This document shows, piece after piece, positions 1-10,054 of a DNA stretch of 64,000 nt (position 1 is the stretch's first letter; each line of letters begins with the position of its first letter). The DNA lies in the NCBI GenBank assembly GCA_965207885.1, contig OZ242311.1, forward strand, positions 4,864,001 to 4,928,000, read 5' to 3'. The stretch is from Candidatus Latescibacterota bacterium (lineage in GTDB: Bacteria > Latescibacterota > UBA2968). Under the pieces are notes generated by a model that was not told the origin of the DNA, searched no databases, and saw nothing but the letters and a program-made list of their open reading frames with translations. The position numbers and the translations under genes were made by a program.

Positions 1-2074
1 GTTGCGTCAGATTGCGGAAGATGGGGGCACGGGGCAAAAGATGATCGGTATTGGAAAGCAACTCGAAGGTCTGGCGCGCCATGCGTCGATTCACGCGGCT
101 GCGGTGGTGATTACGCCCGAGCCTGTGACCGAGTTTATGCCCGTTTACAAAGCGCCCAAAGGCGGCGAGGTGATGACGCAGTACAATATGCACCACGTGG
201 AAGACCTGGGCTTTTTGAAGATGGATTTTTTGGGGCTTCGCAATCTGACGGTGATTGACGATGCCGTGAAGATGGTGAAGGAAAATTACGGCGTGGATGT
301 GGATGTGGATAACTTGCCTCTGGACGATGAGAAGACCTATCGCCTGTTTGGCCGGGGGGATACGACCGGGGTGTTTCAGTTTGAAAGCGCGGGGATGAGG
401 GGCTATTTGCAACAACTGAAGCCGGATACGATTGGCGATATTATTGCGATGAACGCGCTTTATCGCCCGGGACCGATGCAGTACATTCCCAATTACGTTG
501 ACCGCAAGCACGGGCGGGAAGAAGTGACGTATGACGATGAGAAGATGCGCCCGGCTCTGGAAGAGACGTACGGCATTATTACCTACCAGGAACAGGTGCA
601 GCGCCTGTGCCGCGACCTGGCTGGATTTACACTTGCCAAAGCCGATGGCATCCGCAAAGCCATGGGGAAGAAGTTGGCCGATGTAATGGAAAAGTATCGG
701 CTCGAATTTTTAGAAGGTGCCATGACCAATGACGTTGAGAAAACGGTTGCACAACAAATATGGCGAGATATTGAGGTTTTCTCGGGCTATGGGTTCAATA
801 AGGCGCATAGTGCGGGCTATTCGATGGTGGCTTACCAGTGCGCGTATCTCAAGGCGCATTATCCGGCTGAATTTATGGCGGCGAACCTCAACAGTGAAAT
901 TGGCAATATCGAGCGTCTGGTCGTTTTGATTGAAGAATGCCGGCGAATGGATCTGGATGTATTGCCTCCAGATGTAAATGAAGGGCAGAGCGATTTTGTG
1001 GCGACCAAAAATGAGATTCGAATGGGTATGGCTGCCATTCGCAATGTGGGGCGCAGCGCAGTTCAAGCGATTGTTGCAATGCGTGAAGCAGACGGCCCTT
1101 TTGAGTCGCTATTTGATTTTTGCGACCGCGTGGATTCTCAGGCTGTGAACCGGCGGTGTATCGAAAGTCTGATTAAAGCCGGTGCTTATGATTGCGTGCC
1201 GGGGCATCGCGCGCAGTTGCTCGAAGCCTTAGACCGCGCACTGGAGATGGCGCAATCTGTACAGATGGATCGCGCGCGCGGGCAAATTTCCATGTTTGAA
1301 ATGGTCGAGATGCAAACGCAGGTGGTGAACGACCAATCGTTGCCCGATGTTGAGGAATGGACTGAGCGCGAACGCCTCGCACACGAAAAAGATATGCTGG
1401 GCTTTTATCTTTCGGGGCATCCGCTGGAACGCTACAGAACCGATTTGGCGGAAATGGGTATGAGATCGGTAGATGATCTGAAGGGATTGCCCGATGGTGC
1501 TGAGGTCCAGATTGGAGGCGTGTTGACCGAGGTAAAACCGCATACGACACGCGATGGCCGGCCCATGGCTTTTGGTGTGCTGGAAGATTTGAGCGGCACG
1601 GTTGATCTCGTGGTGTTTTCCGATAATTTTGAAAAATTGCGCGAGCAATTGCTGGTCGATGAAATGGTGGTTTTACAAGGTCGGTTTTCCGCACGCAATG
1701 GGCGGTCTTCGGTGCAGGTTGAAAATGTGATGCCTATCGAGCAAGCGCGCGAGCAACTGGCCGATACCGTCAATGTGATGTTGCCGGGTGATTTGATTCG
1801 AATGGAGCCACTCAAATCACTGCATACCCTGTGTCTGAGACATCCGGGCAACTGTCAGTTGCGATTACATCTGGAATTGGAGCGCGACCATTCAACCGTC
1901 GTCCTGTCTCGCCAGGTTCAGGTGTTGCCTTCCGATGCCTTATTGCGAGAAATTGTCGAACTCACGGACGGCAGGGCTAATGCCTGGGTATCAACTGAGG
2001 TGGGACGCGCCCGACGTGCGGCGAGACGCCAATTCGATGAAATGGTCTTCGAGGGGGAGCTTGTAACGGCGTGA
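1..2074 (+). CDS. dnaE: DNA polymerase III alpha subunit (5'-partial)
   Basis: Motifs HAAAVVI, LKMDFLGLRNL, GVFQFES, ALYRPGP, YQEQV, GYGFNKAHS, then an OB-fold C-terminus; runs off the left edge. Confidence 0.97.
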   Translation, partial: LRQIAEDGGTGQKMIGIGKQLEGLARHASIHAAAVVITPEPVTEFMPVYKAPKGGEVMTQYNMHHVEDLGFLKMDFLGLRNLTVIDDAVKMVKENYGVDVDVDNLPLDDEKTYRLFGRGDTTGVFQFESAGMRGYLQQLKPDTIGDIIAMNALYRPGPMQYIPNYVDRKHGREEVTYDDEKMRPALEETYGIITYQEQVQRLCRDLAGFTLAKADGIRKAMGKKLADVMEKYRLEFLEGAMTNDVEKTVAQQIWRDIEVFSGYGFNKAHSAGYSMVAYQCAYLKAHYPAEFMAANLNSEIGNIERLVVLIEECRRMDLDVLPPDVNEGQSDFVATKNEIRMGMAAIRNVGRSAVQAIVAMREADGPFESLFDFCDRVDSQAVNRRCIESLIKAGAYDCVPGHRAQLLEALDRALEMAQSVQMDRARGQISMFEMVEMQTQVVNDQSLPDVEEWTERERLAHEKDMLGFYLSGHPLERYRTDLAEMGMRSVDDLKGLPDGAEVQIGGVLTEVKPHTTRDGRPMAFGVLEDLSGTVDLVVFSDNFEKLREQLLVDEMVVLQGRFSARNGRSSVQVENVMPIEQAREQLADTVNVMLPGDLIRMEPLKSLHTLCLRHPGNCQLRLHLELERDHSTVVLSRQVQVLPSDALLREIVELTDGRANAWVSTEVGRARRAARRQFDEMVFEGELVTA

Positions 2075-2101
2075 TGAGAGACGAGAAAAATGAATAAAAA
2101 T

Positions 2102-2135
2102 AAAAGGCGAGAGGCCGGATGACCTCTCGCCTTTT
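2102..2135. terminator. Bidirectional intrinsic terminator between convergent dnaE and rodA
   Basis: AAAAGGCGAGAGG-ccggatga-CCTCTCGCCTTTT perfect inverted repeat with A/T tails on both sides. Confidence 0.85.
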
Positions 2136-2148
2136 GCGTTTTACATCT

Positions 2149-3369
2149 TTAATAATCCTCATACCTGTTGGCATAAATGTTGAGCAACAGACCAATGAGG
2201 ATCATGTTTGTGATGAGGGTGGAACCTCCGTAGGTCAGGAAAGGCAAAGGTAGGCCCGTGACGGGCATGATGCCGACGGTCATGCCGATGTTGACAAAAA
2301 TGTGGAAGAAGAGAATGGTCGCCAGACCGATAGCGGTCAAGCTGGAGAAGCGGTTTTTGGTCTGTACGGCAATGGACAAGGCGCGCCATAAGATGAACAC
2401 AAATAATACCAGAACAAAAAAGGCACCGAGAAATCCAAATTCTTCGCATATAACGGAAAAAATAAAATCGGTGTGTTGTTCGGGTAAAAAGGCGAGTTTG
2501 GTTTGTGTGCCTTCTAAAAAGCCCTTGCCCTTGAGACCGCCAGACCCAATGGCGATTTTGGACTGAATGACCTGATAACCCGCGCCGAGTTTGTCTATAT
2601 TGGGGTCGAGAAAGGTGAGGATACGGCGTTTTTGGTAGTCGTGGAGTTTGTTTTCCCATACATAAGGTGCGGCGATAGCAACCGCGAGATTGACCAATAG
2701 CAAGATGCTTACGGTGAATAAACGGGGGCGTTCATGGAAAAGGATCCCAATGAGCAGGATTACCACCGCAACCAGCATCCATGGGTGAAAAGCACATATC
2801 AGGGTGAGGGCAGGAGAAATCAAAAAAAATAGATGAAGGGGTTTGGCACCGGCCCAAAAGAACATGGGCAGGATGAGAATGCTAAAAACCAGAGCGGTGC
2901 CCAGATCGGGTTGCTTAAAAACGAATAAGATGGGTACGAGAACGAACAACAGAGGAGGGATAAAGGCACGTACGCGGGTCAGGTCGCGGTTGCGATAGGT
3001 CAAAAAGCGCGCGAGTACCAGGACGGTCGTTATCTTGGCTAATTCAGAAGGCTGTATGTGAATGGGACCAACGTTGAGCCAACGCCGGTCCCCCAATTCG
3101 AGCACGAGTATCAAAAGTGTAACTGTCAGGCCATACAAGACATACGCAAAGGCATAAAAAAGTTTAAGGGGAATGACCATGGTGATGATCAGGGCAATAA
3201 ACCCGAATAAGGCCCAGAGGATTTGCTTTTCATAAATATTGCTGGCCAGGCCCGAATCCCAATTGTAGCTGGCACTGTATATGGTGGTAATGCCCACACC
3301 AATGCCCAGGCATATTGCTGAGAGGAGGCCGATGTCGAGGTCGCGCCGAACAAATAGAGAAAGACTCAC
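2149..3369 (-). CDS. rodA: Rod shape-determining protein RodA (SEDS glycosyltransferase)
   Basis: IQPSELAK, QPDLGT, GYQVIQSKIAIGSGG, LPEQHTDFIF, GLPLPFLTYGG; follows mrdA. GTG start at 3369 chosen from the GAGGT RBS (ORF track starts at 3411). Confidence 0.95.
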   Translation of the reverse strand: MSLSLFVRRDLDIGLLSAICLGIGVGITTIYSASYNWDSGLASNIYEKQILWALFGFIALIITMVIPLKLFYAFAYVLYGLTVTLLILVLELGDRRWLNVGPIHIQPSELAKITTVLVLARFLTYRNRDLTRVRAFIPPLLFVLVPILFVFKQPDLGTALVFSILILPMFFWAGAKPLHLFFLISPALTLICAFHPWMLVAVVILLIGILFHERPRLFTVSILLLVNLAVAIAAPYVWENKLHDYQKRRILTFLDPNIDKLGAGYQVIQSKIAIGSGGLKGKGFLEGTQTKLAFLPEQHTDFIFSVICEEFGFLGAFFVLVLFVFILWRALSIAVQTKNRFSSLTAIGLATILFFHIFVNIGMTVGIMPVTGLPLPFLTYGGSTLITNMILIGLLLNIYANRYEDY

Positions 3370-3391
3370 AACTACCTCGAAAAATGAGAGG

Positions 3392-5266
3392 TTACTGGTT
3401 ATTGACCGCAATCATTTCGTCGGTGGATTTTGGCACCGCGTGTTCGAAATAGGCTTCAAGCGTTTTTTGTGCAATAGGCGCGGCAATTCTGCCCCCCGAA
3501 CCACCGTTTTCAACAATTACAGCAATGGCAATGCGCGGGTTTTCTGCCGGTGCATAAGCGACAAACCAGGCGTGGTCTTCACCATGGGGATTTTGTGCGG
3601 TGCCCGTTTTTCCCGCAACGACAATATCGGTTAAACGGGCTCGATGACCAGTGCCGCCAGGACTATTGACCACATCTATCATCATGCTTTGCACTGTTTT
3701 AATCACTTCTTTCGAGAGAGGTAAAGATGTGGTTCCCCCCTTTGTCCCTTTGATTACCTGCGGAGTGGGTAACTGACCGGTTGCCAGCGCGCTCGTATAG
3801 CGCACCACCTGAAGAGGCGTTGCCAGAAGTTCCCCTTGCCCAATGGTCAGGTTGAGCATATTGCCACCAGCCAAGAAGCCGTGCCTTTGCCTGTAATAGG
3901 CGCGGTTGGGCAGCAGACCGCGTGCTTCACCATTGCCTCCCGAAGCGATGTCGATATTTGTCAATTCACCAAATTCGAACATAGCGGCATACCGATGCCA
4001 GTTGTCTATGCCCACTTTGAGGCCGAGTTGATAAAAGAATACATCACAAGATTTGACGAGTGCTTGTCGCATGTTGATAAGCCCACAACCTTTTTTGTTG
4101 TGACATCTAAACCGGCGATCGCCGAAATTCATGCCTCCTGTGCATGGTCTCAAACGATATTCATCGGCTTTGATTATGCCCATGTCCAAAGCGGCTATCG
4201 ATGTGATCATTTTGAAGACCGAAGCGGGTGGATATTCGCCTTTAAGGCTGCGGTTGAGCAAGGGTTTTGATGGGTCTGTTTGTAAGTGCTGCCAAGCTTT
4301 GGGGTCCCGGATAGATTGTGGATGAAAACCAGGTTTGCTGACCATGGCAATGATTTCGCCAGATTGTGGGTGCATGGCAATCAGGCTGCCGCGCATGCTA
4401 TCTGCAAAGGCGTGCTCAGCGGCATGCTGTACGCGCCAGTCGAGCGTGAGCCACAGATCTTCACCGGAAATGGGAGGATCTGTTTTTTCGGGGAAACTGC
4501 CCACTTCGCGTCCCTTTGCATTCACTTCGATGTATTTGACGCCCTTATGGCCTCGCATTCGGTCTTCAAATATGCGCTCAATACCCCGTTTTCCAATCTG
4601 ATCGTCGTAGCCATATCCCCGCGTTTTCAGGTGGGTATATTGAGATGCGTTGATAAGTCCGACATAGCCCAAAATATGAGGTGCTAAGACCAGGGGGTTA
4701 CTGGTGTTGTGCTGGGCGTGCGAAAACCCGGTGGAAAGCACCGCGGGTGTGTCAAAGATGGGATAGCCCCTGCGAGGCTCAATTTGGATTTCTACACCTG
4801 GAAAGTCATAGCGGTTTTCTTCGATAATGGAAATGGCTTCAAAATCCACATCGAGTTTGAGTTTGACCGGGTCGTAAAAATGCCGATTATGCGATTGCAA
4901 TTTTTCTGTTATTGTTTTGCAGGGCAGATCTACAATTTGCCCAAGGCGTTCGAGAAGTCCATTACATTTATCTTCTTCAATATTTGCCAAAAAGCGAGGG
5001 GGAATGACTGAGATGTTATAAGCTGGTCTGTTATCGACCAAAATGATACCATTGCGGTCGCGGATCAGGCCGCGATTGGCCTGGATGATGACGGGCTGCA
5101 TGATATTCTTTTCAGATTGGATGCGATAATGTTCCCATCCGGCAATCTGCAATATATAGAGGCGAATGCCCAATATGCCAAAGAGAAACGCGATTACACC
5201 GAAAAGAATGCGTGCGCGATGTGCTCGAATGCCGTTATGTGTGAAGTCATTCTGCATGGGATTCAA
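3392..5266 (-). CDS. mrdA: Penicillin-binding protein 2
   Basis: N-terminal TM helix, RGLIRDRNG dimerisation motif, SxxK (ASVFK), KSCD, KTGTAQ; lies between mreD and rodA. Confidence 0.95.
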   Translation of the reverse strand: MNPMQNDFTHNGIRAHRARILFGVIAFLFGILGIRLYILQIAGWEHYRIQSEKNIMQPVIIQANRGLIRDRNGIILVDNRPAYNISVIPPRFLANIEEDKCNGLLERLGQIVDLPCKTITEKLQSHNRHFYDPVKLKLDVDFEAISIIEENRYDFPGVEIQIEPRRGYPIFDTPAVLSTGFSHAQHNTSNPLVLAPHILGYVGLINASQYTHLKTRGYGYDDQIGKRGIERIFEDRMRGHKGVKYIEVNAKGREVGSFPEKTDPPISGEDLWLTLDWRVQHAAEHAFADSMRGSLIAMHPQSGEIIAMVSKPGFHPQSIRDPKAWQHLQTDPSKPLLNRSLKGEYPPASVFKMITSIAALDMGIIKADEYRLRPCTGGMNFGDRRFRCHNKKGCGLINMRQALVKSCDVFFYQLGLKVGIDNWHRYAAMFEFGELTNIDIASGGNGEARGLLPNRAYYRQRHGFLAGGNMLNLTIGQGELLATPLQVVRYTSALATGQLPTPQVIKGTKGGTTSLPLSKEVIKTVQSMMIDVVNSPGGTGHRARLTDIVVAGKTGTAQNPHGEDHAWFVAYAPAENPRIAIAVIVENGGSGGRIAAPIAQKTLEAYFEHAVPKSTDEMIAVNNQ

Positions 5267-5726
5267 TATTGAGAAGTGAGAAATGAGTGAGGACAGACGA
5301 CAATGCCGTGCCCAACACGACTGTATAAAGACTTGTACCCAATCCGACGCTCAAAATTTTGATCGGTTGCAAAATAAAAACAAAAAAAATAATATCGTGT
5401 AAAAGTGTTGCTAAAAATAAAATGGCGGCCTGTGCCCGCAGGGCTTCACCGGCAACGGTCACACGGCTATAACCTGCAAAAAAACCAATCAGGCTGTTGC
5501 CGAGAGCATTGACACCCAAACGCGTGCCAGGGTCGTATATGTCGATGAGCACTCCCGATATAAAACCCAGTACCGTCACTTCAATTTGCCCTCGGGTAAA
5601 GGCAATAAAAACCAGTATGATGATGACGATGTCCGGCGCAACGCCGTAAATGGCGAGGCTTTCGATCCAGGATGCCTGGAGAATCAGTGCCAGAAGAATG
5701 AGCAAAATATTGCGGGTGATAATCAT
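5247..5726 (-). CDS. mreD: Rod shape-determining protein MreD
   Basis: 159 aa hydrophobic protein with PD...GFISGVLIDI and LGVNAL motifs, directly upstream of mrdA. Confidence 0.85.
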   Translation of the reverse strand: MIITRNILLILLALILQASWIESLAIYGVAPDIVIIILVFIAFTRGQIEVTVLGFISGVLIDIYDPGTRLGVNALGNSLIGFFAGYSRVTVAGEALRAQAAILFLATLLHDIIFFVFILQPIKILSVGLGTSLYTVVLGTALSSVLTHFSLLNIESHAE

Positions 5727-5786
5727 TGGTAAAACAGTCAGCTTTCACCCCATTGGAGCGGATTAAAAACGGATAGCTGGCAGTTT

Positions 5787-7640
5787 TTAATCCGCAATTT
5801 CTCTAACGCGAATGCGCGTGCCGGGCCGCAAGCGCGATGGACTTCGAATGTCATTCCAGGATTGCAAAGCTGCCACACTGGTATCAAAGGCGCGCGCTAT
5901 GCCCCACAAGGTATCGCCCGTGCGTACTGTATAAAAGATGGTAGATTCCGATGTTCCATCTTTGGGGACCCACAGTGTGAGGCGGTCACCCGGGTGAATG
6001 GGATGATTGGCATTCAGATTATTCCATGCGCGCAGGTGCGAGACCGTGATGCCTTTTCGTCTGGCAATGCCCCATAGAGTATCACCTGTGCGCACCGTGA
6101 CATTGATCTGGCGATAGTGTTTGGGGTCGGGCTTGTGGCTGATATTTTTTGTTTGTAGTACCGGGCGTGTCTGTGTTGTAGCAGACACGCGTTTGGCGTG
6201 GGGATACATTGGAATGCTGAGTTTCTGACCGATTTGCAGGCGGCGAGGGTTGGTGATGCCATTGGCTGCCTGCAGGTCGGCTGACGATACCCCCACACGG
6301 GATGCGATGCCCGATATGGTGTCGCCGCGTTTGACCACATAGTCAATGAGTTGGATCTTTTTGTGTTCTGGTATTTGCGCGTAATTGGCTCTAAATTTCG
6401 CGCCTGTGCCTTTTGGAACGCGCAAAGTATAGGCGTTTCGCCGCATGGCAGGCGGTGTATATGGACGACGCAGTTCGGGGTTGAGGTGCCTCAGCCAGGT
6501 ATAGGTAGTGCCCACACATTCCGCTGCCAAACGCAGGTTTACTGGTTCTGTTAAAACGACTTTGTCATAAGACATGGGAGGTTGATAGACAACATCTTTA
6601 AAGCCAAAAAAAGTGGGGTCTTTGGCGATGATGACCATAGCCATAAATTTGGGTACATGATTGCGGGTTTCTCTGGGTAATGCGTCGATTTCCCAAAAGT
6701 CGCGGGTTCTGGATCTTGCAATGGCGCGATCCATCCGGCCCTGTCCACAGTTGTAGGCCGCGACAACGAGGCGCCAATCTCCAAAGTAGTCGTATAGATG
6801 ATTGAGATGTCGCGCAGCAGCGTGTGTAGATTTTTCGGGGTTCATGCGATCGTCGATATAGGTGTTGCGCCGCAGGCCATAGAGCAAGCCAGTGCGGTAC
6901 ATAAATTGCCACATGCCCAGGGCGTATGCACGCGAGAGTGCACGGGGATTAAATCCGCTTTCGATCATGGCTTTGTACGCGAGGTCCAAAGGCAGGCCCT
7001 GTTCGCGGAAAACAGTTTGGATCATGGGCAGATAGGCGGTGGAGCGAGACAGACTGCGTTCAAAGAAGTCGCGCTTTTCCGTAAGGAAATATTGGATGTA
7101 AGCCATGACTTCGGGGGTCAGGTCAATAGGTACATCGGCTTGCCCTGCCAGCACTCTTATTTTTAGTTCTCGATAGTGCGGATGATGCAACAAGTCGGCA
7201 ACTACAGATTCGGGAAGGGTATTGAGCAGGGTTGCCAGTGGCGCATGCGGTGGTATGGGCGCACGGGACGAAATCGCGTAATAGCGTTCGAGTGTAAAAC
7301 GCATTGTCGCGGTCCATTTGGCGGCTGTATTCGGTTCAGAAACAAAACGATGGCGCAACATGTGCGCTGCCGTATCGAGCAAAGCTCTTACGCGAAGAGA
7401 GTGGGTTTCGACTGCGGCATTTTGAAGCAGTTCATAGAGACGATCGCCCTTGGGTTCAATATCTTCTATATTTTCTATAGCTATAGAAGGCTTTATTGGT
7501 ATAATTGGTTCTACAACTTCTGCTGGTTCTGTAACTTCTGGTACAGTTACGGGGGCAGGCGCAGGTGTGAGGGGAGTGCGTGCGGTGGTTGCACAACCGC
7601 CAAAAATTAGAACTGCAATAAGACACAGGTTATACCGCAT
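5787..7640 (-). CDS. mltD: Membrane-bound lytic murein transglycosylase D-like (SLT domain + 3 LysM), lipoprotein
   Basis: IESGFNPRALSRAYALGMWQFM, AAYNCG, ETRNHVPK, three LysM repeats (VKRGDT/VRTGDT), lipobox IFGGC. Start at ATG 7640 because the upstream SPOR reading frame extends to 7654. Confidence 0.9.
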   Translation of the reverse strand: MRYNLCLIAVLIFGGCATTARTPLTPAPAPVTVPEVTEPAEVVEPIIPIKPSIAIENIEDIEPKGDRLYELLQNAAVETHSLRVRALLDTAAHMLRHRFVSEPNTAAKWTATMRFTLERYYAISSRAPIPPHAPLATLLNTLPESVVADLLHHPHYRELKIRVLAGQADVPIDLTPEVMAYIQYFLTEKRDFFERSLSRSTAYLPMIQTVFREQGLPLDLAYKAMIESGFNPRALSRAYALGMWQFMYRTGLLYGLRRNTYIDDRMNPEKSTHAAARHLNHLYDYFGDWRLVVAAYNCGQGRMDRAIARSRTRDFWEIDALPRETRNHVPKFMAMVIIAKDPTFFGFKDVVYQPPMSYDKVVLTEPVNLRLAAECVGTTYTWLRHLNPELRRPYTPPAMRRNAYTLRVPKGTGAKFRANYAQIPEHKKIQLIDYVVKRGDTISGIASRVGVSSADLQAANGITNPRRLQIGQKLSIPMYPHAKRVSATTQTRPVLQTKNISHKPDPKHYRQINVTVRTGDTLWGIARRKGITVSHLRAWNNLNANHPIHPGDRLTLWVPKDGTSESTIFYTVRTGDTLWGIARAFDTSVAALQSWNDIRSPSRLRPGTRIRVREIAD

Positions 7641-7653
7641 GGCCGTCTTCGCG

Positions 7654-8385
7654 TTATTGAGAAGATTTTGCCTGTACAATAAATGCTGTTTCATAGCCTT
7701 TCTTTGTTACCTCCTCGAGTAATATTTTTGCATCGTTGCGCGTCTAAAAATTGCCGACGCGCACCTTAAAATAAGGGGGTTCAAAATCGATAAAAACATC
7801 GTCGCGCGCCAGTTGAACACGCGCTTGCATTTGTGCATTTTCCGCTGAGCCTCGCGTCGATGACGAAAAAATTTGAACTCGAAACCCCGATGTGGCACCG
7901 CTTTCAGGTAGCACATTGGCAATTTGTGTGCGAACGACATAAGCATCGGGAAAACCCAGTGCTCTGATGGCGTCGCGCAGTGTTTTGGCCGATTCGGGCG
8001 TGCGGCTGTTGCCCGCTTGAATTTTGTAGAGTTGGATGTCTTCGTCGAGATGCATATATGTCAGTACCTGAGCCTCACGCTGAATTTGTTCGCGCAAAGC
8101 TTCTGCCCGGTTGTGATCGCGAAGGGCTGCAACCTGAACGCGGAAGCCCTCAATTTGTGATACTTCCGCAGGGGATATTGCTTCGGCGCGTACAGGTGTT
8201 TGCAACACCGGGTCGTCGTCCATGAGCGTCTGCGGGTCAAATTCTTCTCGCGCCGCCAACGAATCGGCTGCCGATGAATCAGCCATCGGTGAATCAGCCG
8301 GGGGGACGATTTGGGTCTGCGGTGCGACACAGCCGATCAGGAACACGACAAATAAGACAAATAACAAGATTTTTTTTCTCATCAT
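7654..8385 (-). CDS. Tandem SPOR-domain lipoprotein interrupted by an in-frame TAG (7744-7746)
   Basis: Lipobox FLIGC and two SPOR repeats (GFRVQV..., GFRVQI...). Past the TAG the frame continues TRNDAKILLEEVTKKGYETAFIVQAKSSQ*, completing repeat 2. Could be a pseudogene, a sequencing error or readthrough. Confidence 0.8.
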
Positions 8386-8475
8386 TTTGTCTCCACGAGC
8401 AGTGGTCAGGTTCATTTTTTATCTTCACCCGTGCCATCTACCTCTGTCCATTGTCCAGATGCGATTTCACCTTAC

Positions 8476-8504
8476 ACTTTAAGAATACATGCAAAATTTG
8501 TCAA
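8476..8504 (-). promoter_or_regulatory. Sigma70-type promoter for the SPOR-mltD-mreD-mrdA-rodA run
   Basis: TTGACA-17 nt-TAAAGT on the minus strand in an AT-rich intergenic region. Confidence 0.6.
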
Positions 8505-8611
8505 CGACTTATATTGCGTAATTTATCGAAAAATGCTCTATTTTGCCCAATATCTTGTATATCTTAAAAAAATCATAAAGTCACTTAATTATGGAATAAA
8601 CGTGGAGTTTA

Positions 8612-9646
8612 CTATCCTAACCACCGCTCAAATATTTCTGAGTAATTGCCCTTTGCTACGCCTTTTTCCGTTATGATCGCCGTGACGAGGTGGTTAGGGG
8701 TCACGTCAAAGGCGGGATTGTACACCTGAATGCCACTGGGTGCGGTTTGCCGGCCCATGCCGTGCGTGATTTCTACTTCTTCGCGCTCTTCAATGGGAAT
8801 TTGTGTGCCAGTATCGCGTTTCATGTCAATGGTAGATAGGGGCGCGGCCACATAAAATGGCACCTGGTGCGCTTTGGCTAAAATTGCCAGTCCATAGGTG
8901 CCGATTTTGTTGGCTACGTCTCCGTTTTTGGCAATGCGATCTGCGCCGACAACAATGCTGTCGATGTTTTTTTCGCGCAGCACCGCAGCAGCCATGCTAT
9001 CGCATATCACGGTGACATCTACGCCGCTTTGATTCAGTTCCCAGGCAGTGAGACGCGACCCCTGTAAGAGTGGCCGGGTTTCGTCGGCATAGACCGCGAC
9101 TTGTTTGCCCGCTTCAACGGCGGCGTAAACCACTGCGAGCGCCGTGCCATAGTCAGCCGTGGCCAGGCCGCCTGCATTGCAGTGGGTCAATACAGTCGCC
9201 TGTGAAGATAGCAATTCGGCACCATTGCGACCAATCTGGCGGCATATTCTTTTGTCGTCTTCAAAAATTTCATGGGCTTCTTTGAGCAGGCGGTCGCGTT
9301 TTTTTGCGGGTGAATGGTCATCTGCTTTGGCGAGGACCTTTTCTTGGCGATCAAGTGCCCAAAAGAGGTTGACGGCTGTGGGGCGCGTTTGCGCCAGTTT
9401 TTGAATGCTTTTCGCGACATACCGATCAAAGTCGGCATTACGCGCTATGGCTTCTTGCGCTGCAATCACGACGCCATAAGCAGCCGCTACACCAATGGCT
9501 GGCGCGCCGCGCACTCTCAAGCTGACGATGGCTTCTGCCACCGTGCCGACATCGCGGCAAGTGATGAATTTGTACTCTTCTGGCAATAAGGTCTGGTCGA
9601 TGAGGCACAGGGCATCATCTTCCCATGTGATGGTTGGAACGGGCAT
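8612..9646 (-). CDS. mtnA: S-methyl-5-thioribose-1-phosphate isomerase
   Basis: IDQTLLP, VRGAPAIG, TRPTAVNL, LTHCNAGGLAT, DETRPLLQGSRLTAWEL, NKIGTY, NPAFDVTP. Confidence 0.95.
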   Translation of the reverse strand: MPVPTITWEDDALCLIDQTLLPEEYKFITCRDVGTVAEAIVSLRVRGAPAIGVAAAYGVVIAAQEAIARNADFDRYVAKSIQKLAQTRPTAVNLFWALDRQEKVLAKADDHSPAKKRDRLLKEAHEIFEDDKRICRQIGRNGAELLSSQATVLTHCNAGGLATADYGTALAVVYAAVEAGKQVAVYADETRPLLQGSRLTAWELNQSGVDVTVICDSMAAAVLREKNIDSIVVGADRIAKNGDVANKIGTYGLAILAKAHQVPFYVAAPLSTIDMKRDTGTQIPIEEREEVEITHGMGRQTAPSGIQVYNPAFDVTPNHLVTAIITEKGVAKGNYSEIFERWLG

Positions 9647-9661
9647 TGGCCATCTCTTGTG

Positions 9662-10045
9662 TCACGGGTCGCGGATTAAGTTGTCCATCAATACATCGTC
9701 TTCAATGCGCTCTATCGGCGCGTCGCGCCACAGGCGTTCCAGACCGTAAAATTGGCGCGATTCTTTTTGAAAAATGTGTACGACAATGTCGAAGAAGTCG
9801 ATCAGTACCCATTTCCGCACATCATATCCTTCGATCTGATAGGGGTGCTGCCCTTCTGCCTTGAGCCCCTCAATTACCGCATCGGCCAGGGCGCGAACAT
9901 GCACATCGGAGGTTCCCGTGCAGATGATAAAGTAATCGACGAAGTCGGCTGTTTGGCGCAGGTCAATGGCAATGAGGTCTTCGGCTTTGCGCGATAGCAA
10001 CTGTTCAATACAGATACTGCGAACGTTTTCGGTAGTATCTGACAA
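9662..10045 (-). CDS. rsfS: Ribosome silencing factor RsfS (Iojap)
   Basis: KAEDLIAIDL, DYFIICTG, WVLIDFFDIVVHIF, RQFYGLERLW. Confidence 0.93.
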   Translation of the reverse strand: MSDTTENVRSICIEQLLSRKAEDLIAIDLRQTADFVDYFIICTGTSDVHVRALADAVIEGLKAEGQHPYQIEGYDVRKWVLIDFFDIVVHIFQKESRQFYGLERLWRDAPIERIEDDVLMDNLIRDP

Positions 10046-10054
10046 ATTGAACTC

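Noticed and set aside
7744-7746. Pyrrolysine at the SPOR TAG
   Set aside because: No pyl genes in the window, the position is non-catalytic, and TAG is a common terminator here. Mutation or error is more parsimonious.
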